The notes under the pieces: model-generated
Database searches by the model: none
What the model was told of the DNA's origin: nothing
What the model saw: the letters and a program-made list of their open reading frames with translations, nothing else
Assembly: GCA_016748015.1 (NCBI GenBank)
Contig: JAAOMT010000436.1
Location: 1,486,847 to 1,550,846, forward strand
Origin: Geosiphon pyriformis uo1
Taxonomy: Eukaryota; Fungi; Glomeromycota
Length of the DNA stretch: 64,000 bases
Direction: 5' to 3'
Shown here: positions 1 to 13,248 of the stretch, in pieces
Layout: each line of letters begins with the position of its first letter
Position numbering within the stretch: the first letter of the stretch is position 1
Position numbers and translations under genes: made by a program

Positions 1-1630
1 TGCCAGGCAGTTGATGCTGTTATTATTACTGAAATATCTTAGGAATTCTGTTTTAAATGCATTAAAATTTTGGGATTTCTGGGCCAAGCTATAATACCAT
101 GAGTTGGTGGTATCCTTTAGAAAATATGAGATAACTTGCATTGTTCTTGCATTATCCCAATTATTTACAGTGATGGCTTTGGTAATATCATTGATTCATG
201 CCTGGGTGTTGTTTTCTTTGCTGGTGAACTTCTCAAGTTTTGCAATTGGTGCAAAAGCCATTGGCACGATCAGTTACTATTGTTGTATTGGTGGTTGAAG
301 TGGTTGTTGCAGTTGCTGAACCAGTTGCTGGATAAGTTGCTGTAGTGGTGGCTGTTGAAGGAGTATTTGCTGCTGTTGAATTAGTTCAACAATCAGTTCA
401 ATTAGTGACTGATTGATGATGATATTCAGAGGTAAGTTTTGTTGATTAATTAAGTCAGAGTTTCAATTGTTTTGATTTGTTGGTGTTTGGATATTCAGAG
501 TTTTAACTTCCAGATTTTCTAAATTTAGATTTTGCTAAGTCTGAAAGTTCGGGGTTCCAAAGTCTGGATTTTCAGGAATCGGGTTCTGGTAAGTAAATTC
601 TTGATCTTCAAATTCTTTTTCTTTTTCCTGTTTTTCCTCTGATTCTGTTATTTTCCAGGAACTTGTGGTTCCGAAATCTGGCTGAGGTGGTGGGTATCAA
701 AATCCTGATGGCATTGGCGATCACGATTTAAATCCTTCAAAGTAATTGCCATAAGTTCCCAATAATTCTGCTTTCTTTTGTTTACTTTGGAATGGAAGTC
801 GTCCAAATATTGATGTTGTGTGTAATACTGATGTGCCTGTTGATGAGATGTTGATGGTGCTTCCTAGAGTGTAATGATATAATGGATTTGTTGGTGATTC
901 AACTCTGGTTTTCTTCCAAGTAGGTGGTAGTATTTGTCTTAGTGTTACTGCTAGTGTTTGTAATTTTCTCTTGCCTTTGTCCACATAAGTAATAGGGAAT
1001 TGTTGTTGTGTGTATCTCTCAATGGTTTGATTGATTTCCTTAATGATTGGTGTGAAACTGTAGTTTCTTGGGAAGCTAGTGTGTTGAAATAATTCTGTAT
1101 AAAAATTTTTCCTTGTGGTTTCAATGTTAACTGTTCCTCCTAAGCAGTCTGTGATTTTATCATTGACATAGAAGTTAAAAGCTGATTTTGCTGGGAAATA
1201 ATTATTGTTTAATCCTAACTGTTGGCTATACTGTTAGCTATACTGTTGAAACAAGAATTTGGCAAATCCTAAATGGTTTGCTCCTATGTTTTCTGATTCT
1301 GCCACCTTTGAATGATTGCTGTTGGTGCTGGTTCTCTGTAGGATTATACCTCACAGAAAGCACTAAATGTTACAGGTAATGGGTTGGGGTCTCAAAGTAA
1401 TTAACAAAACCCATAACTTGGTGCTCAAGACTGTTGTCGAGGATGAAAATCTGAAGATGTGTTTATCTGAAGGTTTATTGGTTGAGTCCTTTGTATAATG
1501 GACAGAGATTCAGTGGTAATGGTTTTATCCGTAGCTTCCCAAAACCACAGTTTCATCAATTTTTTTTTCAGCATAATGGCTGGTGTTTCTCCTGGTAAGC
1601 TAATCTCAATCGAGTGTCTTACCCTTATTT

Positions 1631-1645
1631 CTGGGTCTTTTACCA
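1631..1645 (-). promoter_or_regulatory. Putative primer-binding site
   Basis: Minus strand reads ...TATAACA-C-TGGTAAAAGACCCAG: TGG (complement of tRNA CCA) one base after the LTR end. The tRNA was not identified. Confidence 0.55.
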
Positions 1646-1646
1646 G

Positions 1647-2219
1647 TGTTATATTCTAACATCAGTATCCTGCGTGTTAATCCTTAATAGAGTTAGTAAT
1701 AACAACAATTAAGACAAGAAAATGAAAAAGATAACATAAAAAAATAAGCCAAGGCAATGAGCAAGTTAGTATTCTGTCAATAGCCATAATCAAGAGCTAT
1801 TGTTCTAGTGTGGTTAGTTATCAAATGCTATCAACATAGAGTGTTGATAGTGAAGAGTGGATTTGGATGGTAAATATTTTATTTATTCAATATTTGTGAA
1901 TAGAAGATTTCTAACTAAAGGATTCTGCTCTTTCTTACTTCTAGCACTATTATTATATATACATAATTTGGATTCTATGAGATCGCTTACATTCTTGAGC
2001 AATGCTCACATTGCTGAGCAATATGTCATATCTTCTTGACATTACTCTACATTGCTGAGCAATGTGCTGTGATTTCTGACATTGCTCTACATTGCTGAGC
2101 AATGTGCTATGATTTCTAACATTGCTCCATATTGTTGAGCAATGTGCTCATGTACTAACTACTACTCACTTATTGGTCTACTATTTTTCTATATTTGTTT
2201 TCTTTTTCTATAAGTAACA
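1647..2219 (-). repeat. 5' LTR (573 bp) of Gypsy family 1
   Basis: Begins TGTTA (1647) and ends TAACA (2219), i.e. inverted TG..CA termini. PBS abuts one side; an interrupted LINE ORF2 abuts the other. Confidence 0.75.
1989..2150. repeat. ~40-bp tandem repeat with palindromic core inside the LTR
   Basis: ACATTGCT-G-AGCAATGT core at 2049 and 2089, variants at 2008 and 2129, degenerate copy at 1989, with ACATTGCTC half-sites between. Confidence 0.85.
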
Positions 2220-2933
2220 ACAATCCCAGATATTCTAGCATAATGTGTATTAGGTGTGATATGGTCGAGGACTCTAATCACCTATTTCTATGCTCATATA
2301 ACGACAACGCCAAAAGGACTGTATTGTTTTCTATTAGGGAAAGGTGGTGCAAAATAGCTGGTGATTCTGCTATAAGAAATGGGGTGATATATTCTTTGCA
2401 TAAAGCTGAGTCATTTTTTAGTTTGTACATGTTGTTGGCCAAGGGATTTGTGTTAAAAAGCTGGATGGCTGATGCTATTTGGTGTCTTGGCTCAGATTCA
2501 GGTGGCCATGCAATTATCAATTTAGTTCGTAGTCTAGTGGAGTGCCATAAGTCAGACTTTTGGTTGTCTACAGCCAAATTAAGAACCTTTTATGAAAAGC
2601 ACAATCTGTTATTATGTGATGAATCTGTGGTGCCATCAGTTACTGGTTTGTCGGATCTCTAAACTGTTGATATTGTCCATGGTCTTAGTATCAGGTTGGG
2701 TATTCACATGAGATTTGGTTTGTGTCCCCGTATTGTTGGTTTGGGTTTTGGTTTTTTGTGTAATATTCCTTTAACAAATCCTGTGAGTGCATAGTACTGT
2801 CTTGACTAGACCAAGTGTCTGGTCACATGTAGAAAAGGCATGAGCTATACTTAATTTAGAATCTAGTTTAATTTTATGTATTTAGGTAGTAGTTGGATTG
2901 CACTCATAAAATTCTAATAAAAAAAAAAAAAAA
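2220..2933 (+). mobile_element. LINE 3' fragment (ORF2 C-terminus, 3' UTR, poly(A)), interrupted by the Gypsy LTR
   Basis: Encodes NPRYSSIMCIRCDMVEDSNHLFLC (C-terminal Cys/His motif) ...AKLRTFYEKHNLL, homologous to the ends of the other LINE ORF2s. Shared 3' UTR ~2792-2918 and A-tail to 2933. Confidence 0.85.
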
Positions 2934-3215
2934 CATAACTGAAAAATTGTTTTTTTAATTTTTATTTATTTTATAAAATAATATTAATAAATTTTTACTT
3001 GTTTTTAACATAATAATTAAATCAATTTTAATTTTTCTGTTCTGTATATTTCATCTTTTATAGATTGTATTATATAAAACAAATTTTTTTTTACAAGTTT
3101 TACAAATAAACTCCAACTACTATCTAGTACATAGAACCAAACTAAGTGGAACCAACTAAATGCAGCTTACGCACAGACTACATGTGACCAGCCACTCGAA
3201 CCAGACAAGGCAACA

Positions 3216-6200
3216 CTATACATCTATGATAACAAAAGCATTACCACCTAAACCAGAAAAAAAATGACACAATCTGCACCTACCAAACTTAACAGCAAAA
3301 GATTCTATAACACTAAGCATGCAAACAATACCAGCCAATGATGTAAAAACTACACTTCTGGACAAGCCAGAAATTACACTATTATCCCCAACCAAATCAG
3401 CCTTTTCCATCTCTGTTCTATGCTTGGTTCTAACAGTCCATATCTGAGCGTACTGCAACTTTACCACAAATCTGATAAATTCTACTAAGGTCTGAGTAGC
3501 TCTTTTTCTTCCTTCAAAAACTGAAACAGCTTCAGTATACCAATCTCTTATTACAAAACTCTTATACACTGCAATATAAATACTCATATCTGAAGAGCAT
3601 AACAAGAGCGAAAGCAAAATAGCAGATAGAGATAAATTTAAAAGACCAGACATTGACATTCATTTATCAGCAGCTTCAACCAAAATGTTTTCATGGAGAC
3701 CAAAGTCCCCAAAACAAGCAAAAACATGATCAGAAAACTTTACCTTATCATACAGCAAACACAAAACACCAAAATAACTTCTGCTATACAACCTTTTTTT
3801 AACTGCAACTGACAGCCACCTATATACAGTCTTCATCAAATACATGCGTAAATTGGCCGACTTTCTACTGGTAAACCCAGAAAACATGTGTGAATCAGGA
3901 TGCCAAATTGTCGCAGTAGTATTCCAATCTATTTCCTTAATCATAATATTTGGAACTATATCAAAACCCAGACCAGCCTTCCAACAGGCACAACATATTA
4001 ACAAGTATAAGTCCCAAGCAAAATGATGAACATTGTCAGATATGGCAGTTTTCTCAGTGACTAAAAACCTCTTCCGGATATTGACTGGCAAAGAAAGAGA
4101 CAAGAAAGTAGTCTCATTAGCCAGTGCGTCAGCCCTTATGTTGCCCAACACATTTGAATGTTCTTTAACCTTCACCCACTTAATTGAAATATTTTTGTTT
4201 CTAAGGAGATTGACAATTTGCAATCTTTTGATTCAACATTGGTTATGAAAGTCAGGTGTAGTTAAAAAAGTCTCAGAAATACAGGCATTAATCACAGATT
4301 GATTATCTGAGTACAAAACTACTAAGCAAGAGAATAAAACACACTTCAAGGCCAACACCACAGCCTGCAGTTCAGCTAAAGCAGAGGACAAAAGCCCAGC
4401 AATCTTAATCCCAATGTCCACATCTGCAGCCAGAAAGTATGCAGTCATTTTACCCGCTGTTCCAACAGAACCAGCACATCTTAAGGACCCATTTGTATAA
4501 ATCTTAATACAATCAGATCACATCTCCAGCAGACTATTACGAACTTCAGAAAACCTATCAGAATCCAAAACATTCAGCACATCCTCCTTAGTAGCAATAG
4601 TAGCTCCAACTCCCAAAGAAATATAATTGTTCATAAAATCAGCCATCAAAAAAAACCAGTAAGACACAAGACCTCTTGGGTCTAGTTACTTCCAATGCCA
4701 AAATGTTTTTCAGTCCATCACCTTCACTTTTTTGTCAAGAATTCTGTCACCAAAAGCAACACCAAAATGTTTCAATGAAAAAATAAATTTGTAATACAAA
4801 GACTAACTCAGAATGCCAGACATTGGGAAATTGCCAGGTCCATGAAAGACATAAGGTAAATTGTTTGCCAAAGATAAATCATTCTCCAAAAAAATTTTCA
4901 CCACCCCTGCCAAAAAATTGTTAACAGGACTAACATACAACCTAATAGAAAATTGCAAAGAATTCAAAGGAGACCATCTCAGAACTTACAAATTCAAAAA
5001 TCTATGATTAAATAAATGTCCAAGAATGCCATGACCATTAGAAAATGAAATCAGTAATGCCAGTTTTCCTTTAGACTGTACTTGCTCAAAAAGCTTCAAA
5101 CTATACAAAAAAGAGTGGTGCAAGATCTTATTAAGAAAGTTATGCAGTAAACCAGCTTTGGCTCTAAAATCTTTTCTAATCATAATATTCTACTTACAAC
5201 ACATATTTAAAGTGACAAAACTGAACTGTGTATGATAGCCAACAATAGGCTACAAAACCACCAAAACCAAATAACAGAATTGTTTGTCTGTAATAGCTTT
5301 TCTTAACACTATATTAGAAAAAAACCTGACATTCTTATGGGCTTGAGCCAAACTGGGCTTAGAAAAACCCTCAGTTGACAGGAAGATACCTAAGTATTGG
5401 TGTGATTCCCTCTTTTTAGCAATCAAAATTGGCACTCTATTGATTAATAGCAAAGCATTCTTAACTTCTTGATTGATAAAAATTGCTACCGTCTTATCAT
5501 TATTAATTGAGATGTCATTGATCACAAAAAATTCATTTGCAATATTCAAAATATACTGCATAGATGCCTGACTACTTCCGACCTAAATTGTATCATCCAC
5601 AAAAGCACCTGCAGCCAAAAAAGAGGTTTTTCCTTTATTCACCTCAATCCTGCCAGACTTTGCTACAAATTTAGAATCAATTCTATATCTGCATAATTGC
5701 TCATGTCTTTTCACCTTACACAAAAGTGGATTATAAAATATTTTCCAAAGCAGTGGGAAAAAAACCTCCCTTTAATCTAACTTATTATGTACTTTATAAC
5801 CATCCGAGAGCCCAAAGTTAGTCATCACCCTGTTGAGCCGGTCTTCATGAATGTTGCCAAAAAATTGGATAAAACATCTATATATTTTGATGCAATACAA
5901 GCTTGCTCGCAAATAATGCCAGTTTACCAAATCATAAGCTTTGTACATATTCTGCAGCATTAACCAAAGCTCTCTGTTTTTCTCCAGAGCATCTTCAATA
6001 ACTAAGCCAATAGCAAAAATAGGAGACTGGGTCAAAGTACCCTTTAACACTGAAAAATTGTTATTATGAAGAACATTAAACTTGTTACAAGCCAAAGATA
6101 TCTGATTAGATAAGATCTTAGATAGTATTTTATATGTTGTTTTGACCAGTGCAATAGGTCTGGTATTTGTCAGAATACCATTCCACTCATAAAGTTTTAG

Positions 6201-7907
6201 AATTATTAAAACCCATGCTTTCTGTCACAGATTAAGAACTGCATCTATACTCAAACACAAATTCAACAATTTCAAAAGACAGACCAAAACCTCCCCACCA
6301 CAATGCTTCCAAAGTTCATTAGGTATCCCAGATAACCCAGCTGCTTTACCATTTAACAGATTATCAACGACCAGAGACAATTCCTCCATACCAATATCAA
6401 CCATTACACCAGAAAAAGCACTATCATTCACATAATTCAGAGGCATATATTGTCAAGCCCAAAGGTCAGGTAATTTTGAAAGAACTGATTGCTTTCTTGT
6501 CCACCCTTCCATAATTTTATCAACCTTGAGCTTCATCTTATTAGGCTCAATTACCAGCTCATTATCCACTACCAAGTAATCCAAAACCACCTTGCAAAAT
6601 GGACATTCCAGAATGCTCTTTATCATCTTTCTCTTGTCAGGACAGAAGTTTTCCATATAATGATCAATTGCCTTCCTTATAGCAGTATCTCCAGTAGTCT
6701 TAGACTCATAATACTTGGACTTACAATACCTTTTTTTTATCACCAACAAATGTTTAATCAATTCCATTGAGTTTACACCATTTAAAATCATGCTATTAAC
6801 CTTGAAAGCTTCAACTGCATTAACAGCCAACCAAACTTTAACAAGGCAGTTAAAATTCAGAAGATCACCAAAGATCCAACATTTCACAACCTTTGCAACC
6901 AGCAGCTCTAATTTAAAGAATTTAAAAGATTGTTTATTCCTCAAACAGTCATATTCACTATATCATTTCCTAGAGAAAACTGTGTTGGCAGCTTGTACTA
7001 TGGCCTCTTCCAACAATTTTCACATAGTATTTAAGTCACCATTGACTCTTGCCTCCTCAAATATGTTTGACCTAGCCAAAAACTTGGCAGAAGAGCAGTC
7101 TTTAAAGCTTAACTATTGAACATTATCTGCATCTTTTAATTGGAACTTCCATTGGTCTCGGTTGGCTTATCTACAAATACTAATAAGATGTGTATCCAGC
7201 AGTTTACTCAAACCAATCAAAATAGAAATTGACTTATAATCTGTATCAAAAAACTTAGACATACTATTGACAAAATGCAATGCCATAGCAGATGCCAAAT
7301 TTTCACTTACTAGAATAAAATCAATCACTTTTTCAACACCTCTAGAATTGTTCCAGGTGGAATCCTTGACCAATGAGTGTCCATCAAAAGCATTAACCAG
7401 GCCCAAACCCAAACAGAACTTGAAACTCACACTTTTACTAGACCTGTTTTCATTAAAGTCACCACCCAAAACCACAAAAAAGCTGGAATTGACCACCTTA
7501 GAAACCATAGAATTGATATCAGCAGCTTGACTAAACTGTGTACTGATAGATACACCAGCATATAGACCCAAGATCATAACCAAAAGCTTGTTTTTGAACA
7601 AAAAATGCACAGAAATCAAATGACCAGAAACCTCATCCACTTTTGAAACATACCAAGCCAAAAAATTGTTCATAATTATGGCAACTCCAGCACCATGAAA
7701 TCCAACATCCAAACCAGAAGTAAAAACCCAAAGTCTATCAAATTTATTTATGATTCAAGACCTAATGCCAGATCTCAATTTAGTCTCAGTAATAATTGAA
7801 ATCATATTTCCTAAATTCTTATGCCAATGGACAATGTCTTTCTGTTTAGCTAAATTTGTTATACCCCTAAAATTGCACATAGCCACTCTCCAAATGAGCT
7901 CACTCAT
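3216..7907 (-). pseudogene. LINE B ORF2 (AP endonuclease, reverse transcriptase, RNase H, C-terminal Cys/His motif)
   Basis: APE motifs VAMCNFRGI, ITETKL, GGDFN, VIDFI, DTDY. RT motifs RPIAL, AYD, AFVDDT. RNase H motifs YTNGS, AELQA, WVKVKEHS..GNIRADALA. Many stops. Confidence 0.92.
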
Positions 7908-9786
7908 TGATGCAAAAAATGTATCAAAAAACCTGAATTTATGTACAACAGATCTAACTTCTCCAAGATTGAGCCAATAAAAACCTCAAGAGTCACTATC
8001 TTGGATTCCAAACCACCAACTTTGAAGATAAGAATCTTTGAACTGCTTGGACTTAAATCTGCCATCTTGTCTTCTAATACTGAAGAAGAAGGAGAAAAAG
8101 ATAGCCATGGGACATCCAGAACCATATCAGTATCTGGTGATGCCAAAGTAGGAACAAAAGTGGCTGAAAGTACAACTTGAGTAATAGACACCAGAGGCAC
8201 AAGCTTCACACCATTCAATCTACACATAATATCTGATACTTAATCAGCTAGCAACTCTAAAGAACATTCGAGCAAAGCTAGGCAATCATTGATTGAAGAT
8301 TCAATTTGAACAACCAGCATGTTTCTCTTAATACCTAAAGAACCAAGAGGAGAAGAATCAAACCTAATACCAGAGTTGAAATAAAGGTCACCAAAAGAAG
8401 AAGCAAGTGAGACCACTTGTGTCCAAGATTTGCCATCAAAGGCAGCAGGTCTAGAAATAGAAACACTCTTTTTAGCATACAATTTTCCTAGCTAAAGATG
8501 ACAGTCTTCTGAAGTAACTTTTTTAACAATTTTTGAAGATTTGGTAATAGGCAGAAATAGTGCATTACACTCCAGAGCTGAATGGCCAAGAAGATCACAT
8601 TTTTCACAGCAAACCAAGTCCAATCTAGTCCAAGATAATTTAACACTACTAAATATCAGCTCAGTACAATAAGCAGATTCCATTGCATCTTCAGACTCAA
8701 AGCCAACCACAGCACAGTGAATCTTATTGCCAGAATCCAATAAACAATTTATAATACAAGTTTTCTCACCAACTCCTTTTAAAAGAGTGCTCAAATCATG
8801 AGCAATCATTTCTACAGACAAAGTAAACAACAAAGCCCTAAACTAGTCTCTTGATGCCCATGTTTTGTGATCTTCCACAGCCATAGCCATCTGCACAGAA
8901 TTTTTCCCAATTAAAAAGAACTATTTAGTAGCTAATTGTTTAGTCTAACTTAGTTTAACAAATTCTACCACTACTTTTTGCCATAATCCAATAAGTTGAA
9001 TTTTGATTGACTTAATTTTACCAAACTCGGCTAGTGCAGTGATGATCATTTTCTTTGGCATATCCATGAGAATCTCCTTAACAATCACAGTCTGATCTGA
9101 ATAAACTCCTTGTCTCTTGAGATTGCTGTTTACATTGATCCCTTTTTCTCTGGCCAATGATGTGGCTATTTCCATGCTTTTTTTAAAGTAAAGGTAGATT
9201 GAATGATCCCTTCAAATTTTGAGAGGGTAGTAGTCTTCCCAAAACTATTGATAATTGAAAAAATTTTCCTAATTAACTGAGTTTTTGCTGTTGCCAATTT
9301 TCTTTTTATAGCTGAGAGATTAATATCCAAAGTGAATGATCTTTTAACTGACACTTCCACAGGAGTCTTAATAATCTTTAGGTCAATTCACTTCTTTTCA
9401 AGGGAGATAAGCAAGTGAGAAGAGAGCACAACTTCATCATCATCCATATGAAAGTTAGGAGAGCCAAGTGGAGGACCAAAACCAGCACTAGTGTTGACTT
9501 GTTTTGCCTTGGGTGTAGTAGCAACTGAGCCCAAAAGAGACTTACTATTTGCCTCAAACATGCTAACATCCTCATTTTCACCAGATAAACTTTCCACATC
9601 AGAATAAACACTATTACTGGATCCAGATTTGCTCAAAGATATATTTCTTTTATTACTAGAGTGTTTAATATTGCCAAGAACAACTTTCTTCTTCTAAAAA
9701 AAAAAGCCACCAGCAGGACCATGAAAAGTGCCCTAAGGAGTCTTTTTCTTAGATGTAGTGCTATTAGTAATAGCTTCTATATCCAC
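7904..9786 (-). pseudogene. LINE B ORF1 (RRM-like region, CCHC knuckle, coiled coil)
   Basis: Fragments include VIVKEILMDMPKKMIITALAEFGKIKSIKIQLIGLWQKVVVEF and CEKCDLLGHSALEC (Cx2Cx4Hx4C). Its TGA overlaps the ORF2 ATG. Confidence 0.85.
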
Positions 9787-10264
9787 AAAAAATGGGTTAT
9801 TATTAGATAAAAAAATATTGATATAGACTAAAAAACAAAAAAACTTTTTTTTACAAAAAATGCACTTTTTGAGAATTTATGGAGGTAAGAAAGAAAGAAG
9901 TTTTTTTTAGTTTTTATAATAAAACAAATTTAATCTAAATTTATGTTTTAATAATTGTTTAAAATTAGAAACAACAAAAAAAACTATTTTTAATATGTAT
10001 ATTAATTTAACAAATTAATAAAATTTTAAACTTAATTAAAAACTTTTAATAAAACAAAAAAACAGATTTATAATTAATAATTTTATAATTTAAATTATAA
10101 TACAGTAAACTCTCTTTATAATCACACCTTTTGGTCAACACATTTGTGGTGACTATAGAGAGATGAGACTATAAAAAATGATTAATATCTTATCACATAA
10201 TCTATATATTACATGCATAATATAATAACCAATTATATATATTTTATTTAAAAAAGCTATCTAT

Positions 10265-11784
10265 TTACAACTGTTTTTTTTCTTCTTGAACTTTGAGAAC
10301 AGTATTACAAATTAATGTTCTCAAAGTTTTAAAAAAGTCTGAATCAACTTTTTCACTATACTGCTCTTCACAATAGCACAATGTATCTTTAAATACAGTT
10401 TTATCTTGATGTATAGATAGCAAAGACAAAGGTTCATCTTTATTTTCACTTTCTAAATCTTTATTTGCATTAAAATTTCTACTATATTTGTTGTTAATAA
10501 GATCCACAATTTTATTCTCTAAGGCATAAGTGAATAATGGTTCAAACTTGTCAATATTAATGAAGTTTATTGCCAATAACTTGTCAATATCAACATCCTC
10601 AATAAAAACTTGTACTTCTTGTAAGAGTTTTTGTTTAATATCTAATAGATTGACTATTATTTAGAATTCTCATATGATGCCAACAGTTTTGGATTGTAAT
10701 TGTTGTTACTACTGACTACACATCAATTAGAAAGTCAACCATATCCTTTAATATTACTGTTAATATTAAAATCTTGCCATTATACCAATTAATAAGATGG
10801 AAAAAAAACAACTTTTGGTATTGTGTTTTAAAGGATGCAATAATTCCTACATCTAATGATTGCAAATGAGATGTTGTATTGGATGGTATGTATCTAATCA
10901 TAATATTAGATAATATGGAAGGTTCTCTATCATAGGGACCAGCATTATCAAGCAATAGCAAAATTTTTTTTTTCTTGCGATGCATTTCTTTATTTAATAA
11001 ATTAAGCCATTCACTAAAAATATCAATTCACATCCATGCTTTTGTATTATAACAATAAATGATTAAAAATACATTCATATTAATATTGCAAAAACATCAT
11101 GGCTTTATGGTTTTGCCAATAATTAAAGGCTGCAACTTGATGCTGCCTGTTGTATTACAAGCAAAAAGTATGATAATTTGACTCTTATTATGCTTGATGT
11201 CAGAGATAGATCTTGTTGTCAAAGTTGTATTTGGTGGCATTCTAAAGAATAATGCTGTCTTATTGGCATTATAAACATCATTTAGATTATATTTACTAAT
11301 AATCTCACACAGTTTTTCTTGTTCCTCTGGTAAAATTTCCAAGAGGGCACTATTTGCTTTGCCATATATCTTAATATGATGCAAATTATGACATTTCTTG
11401 AACTTTTCTAACCAACTATCTGATGCTTTAAAGTTATTTTCTTCCAGAAACTTTTTAGCAAACTTGAAAACTTTCGTTTGTAAAATTTTTCCAGTATGAA
11501 TGTAGTTAGTAGCTAGTGCTTCAAGCATCCAGTGCATTATTTATTTTTAAAAACATCTCTTTTTTGTCCTTTGTCAATTAACCAGAGTTGTCAGATACAT
11601 TCTTTTCAATCTATTAATCTGATTTTGCAAGTATTTTTGTTACAGTGGAGCAGTCAATCTTTAGATTAAATATTTTGATAAGTCTATTTGCTGAGTAGTT
11701 AGGATGCTCTAGTTTGTACTGACAGAGAGCCTTTTTAGTTTCTAAAGAGATTGCTGCTTGCTTTTGGTTCGTGTTTTTTGGCAT
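10265..11784 (-). pseudogene. pogo/Tigger (CENP-B-like) DDE transposase
   Basis: Start MPKNTNQKQAAISLETKKALCQYKLEHPN, CENP-B HTH (FKASDSWLEKFKKCHNL), YNANKTALFF (decayed first D), LLLDNA, PSNTTSHLQSLDVGIIASFK. Stops and frameshifts. Confidence 0.92.
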
Positions 11785-12149
11785 GTTAATAAGAACACAC
11801 TTTTTATTGCATTTTGCTTTTATAATACATTGATGTATCTGTTATGTCTCAAATATCATTTTGCTTTATATCTAATTGGATATGTGAGGTATCTTATGTT
11901 ATATGAGATGTCTCAAATTATAAAAAATGGCCAAAATATAAAAATGAAGGTTTTAATCCAACTGTAGGATTCTAAGTACAAATAACAGATTCTTGGTAAA
12001 TAGAAACCTAATTTTGATAATGCATTTGTGACACTTTTTGCCTTTTACTCCCAACTGATAATCAATAATGAAGGCTGTCAATTTGATCTTTCACATACTT
12101 GCATAATCGTGTAGAAGATAGCACAATATTATGTTGTTAAGCCTTCCAA

Positions 12150-13090
12150 ATACAACAATGTCTATATCAATTAGAATATCAATATAAAATACTTTGCACA
12201 ATGTTAGGGATATTGAAGTAAAAGTCAACTGCAGTTTTTTAAAAAATGTTCTGATCATTATAAGTTATAAGATTCAATATGTAATATATATAGGCATGCA
12301 ATGGCTTCTGAATTAATGTGGCCATATGTTGTTTTTAAGGAAAATCTATCTGTTAAAGGTTACTTAGAATAGACCCAAAATGAAACAGATCTCACATTTA
12401 GGTTAAAGTATAAACAAGTTTTTTTTATTTACAAGCAATTATTAACTTTTGCATTGGAGTTTGTTTCAATAAGTTTTCATTAAGACTTGCAGCTAAATAA
12501 ATGTTTGCATCAATTTGGTCTGTTCAGTGCCATTCTATTTACCAATTAATTGAAATTGCTAATAAAAAACAATGGCTACAATTAAAGCCTGAAATTTACA
12601 AGCTAATTTAAAAAAGAATTGTAATTTCTCAATCTAAACTTTTAAATCAACATCAAGACCATGATGCAGTACTTGAAGAAATTAACAAAATGCTTAAATT
12701 ATTGATTCTTTCTACACTTTTACAACAGCATTGGAAAATTGCAGCACATAACTGTATTAAATTTGAGAGATTGCATACTAATCTTTTTAATATTATTGGA
12801 TATTTTAAAAGTAAAATATACAGGTTTCATACATGTCTTAGCTTTATTGCTAAATCAAATCAATTTCAAGTTTAGATAAGAAAGACACAGTTTGTAAATT
12901 TAAATGTCTTTAATCGTGTTTTTTGTGATATTGGCCATAAATGAATATTAAGTAAAGAAATAAAAAAATTCAGTAAAATTGCACAGATGAAAAGAATAGA
13001 CTTTTTTAAAGCAAAACAAATTAAGAAAACATTGTTAGATACTTGAAAACCAATTCCAGTAACAAGTGAAAAAGCAAATCATTAAAAAAT
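12150..13090 (+). pseudogene. Cargo pseudo-ORF 1 in the pogo element (possibly DUF6589-like)
   Basis: Readable across stops: FAQC*GY*SKSQLQFFKKCSDHYKL*DSICNIYRHAMASELMWPYV...HSIYQLIEIA...NQHQDHDAVLEEINKMLK...HWKIAAHNC. The family assignment is from motif memory only. Confidence 0.55.
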
Positions 13091-13248
13091 ATAAATATGT
13101 TAATAAAATCACAACTATTATCTATTATTAACTCTTTAATACCTCTTTTAAGTAATTATGTTTTTGAAGCTTATCAAGTTAATCATGTAACAGTCTAATA
13201 AATATCTTTTAAGAAGTTAGAAATATATTGTATTGTGTATAGTTTTGT

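Larger units (their letters stand above)
1..2219 (-). mobile_element. Ty3/Gypsy-like LTR retrotransposon (family 1), 5' part: LTR, PBS and decayed gag, running off the window edge
   Basis: LTR 1647-2219 is followed on the minus strand by a TGG-initiated PBS. A broken reading frame includes ORF 721..984 and, at 1-260, ...MAFAPIAKLEKFTSKENNTQAWINDITKAITVNNWDNARTMQVISYFLKDTTNSWY..., a retrotransposon gag-type segment. Confidence 0.75.
3084..9918 (-). mobile_element. Full-length non-LTR retrotransposon (LINE B): ORF1 + APE-RT-RNase H ORF2, inactivated
   Basis: Poly(T) at 3084-3092, conserved 3' UTR, ORF2 then ORF1 fragments, pyrimidine-rich 5' end. Candidate TSD ATAAAACAAATTT at 3074-3086 and 9919-9931. 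Confidence 0.92.

Noticed and set aside
1989-2150. CRISPR-like array of palindromic repeats
   Set aside because: Spacers are near-identical to one another, it sits inside an LTR in eukaryotic DNA, and there are no cas genes.
3190-3205. GGTTCGA in the LINE B 3' UTR as a tRNA B-box
   Set aside because: No A-box or cloverleaf, and the motif is not kept in the other UTR copies.
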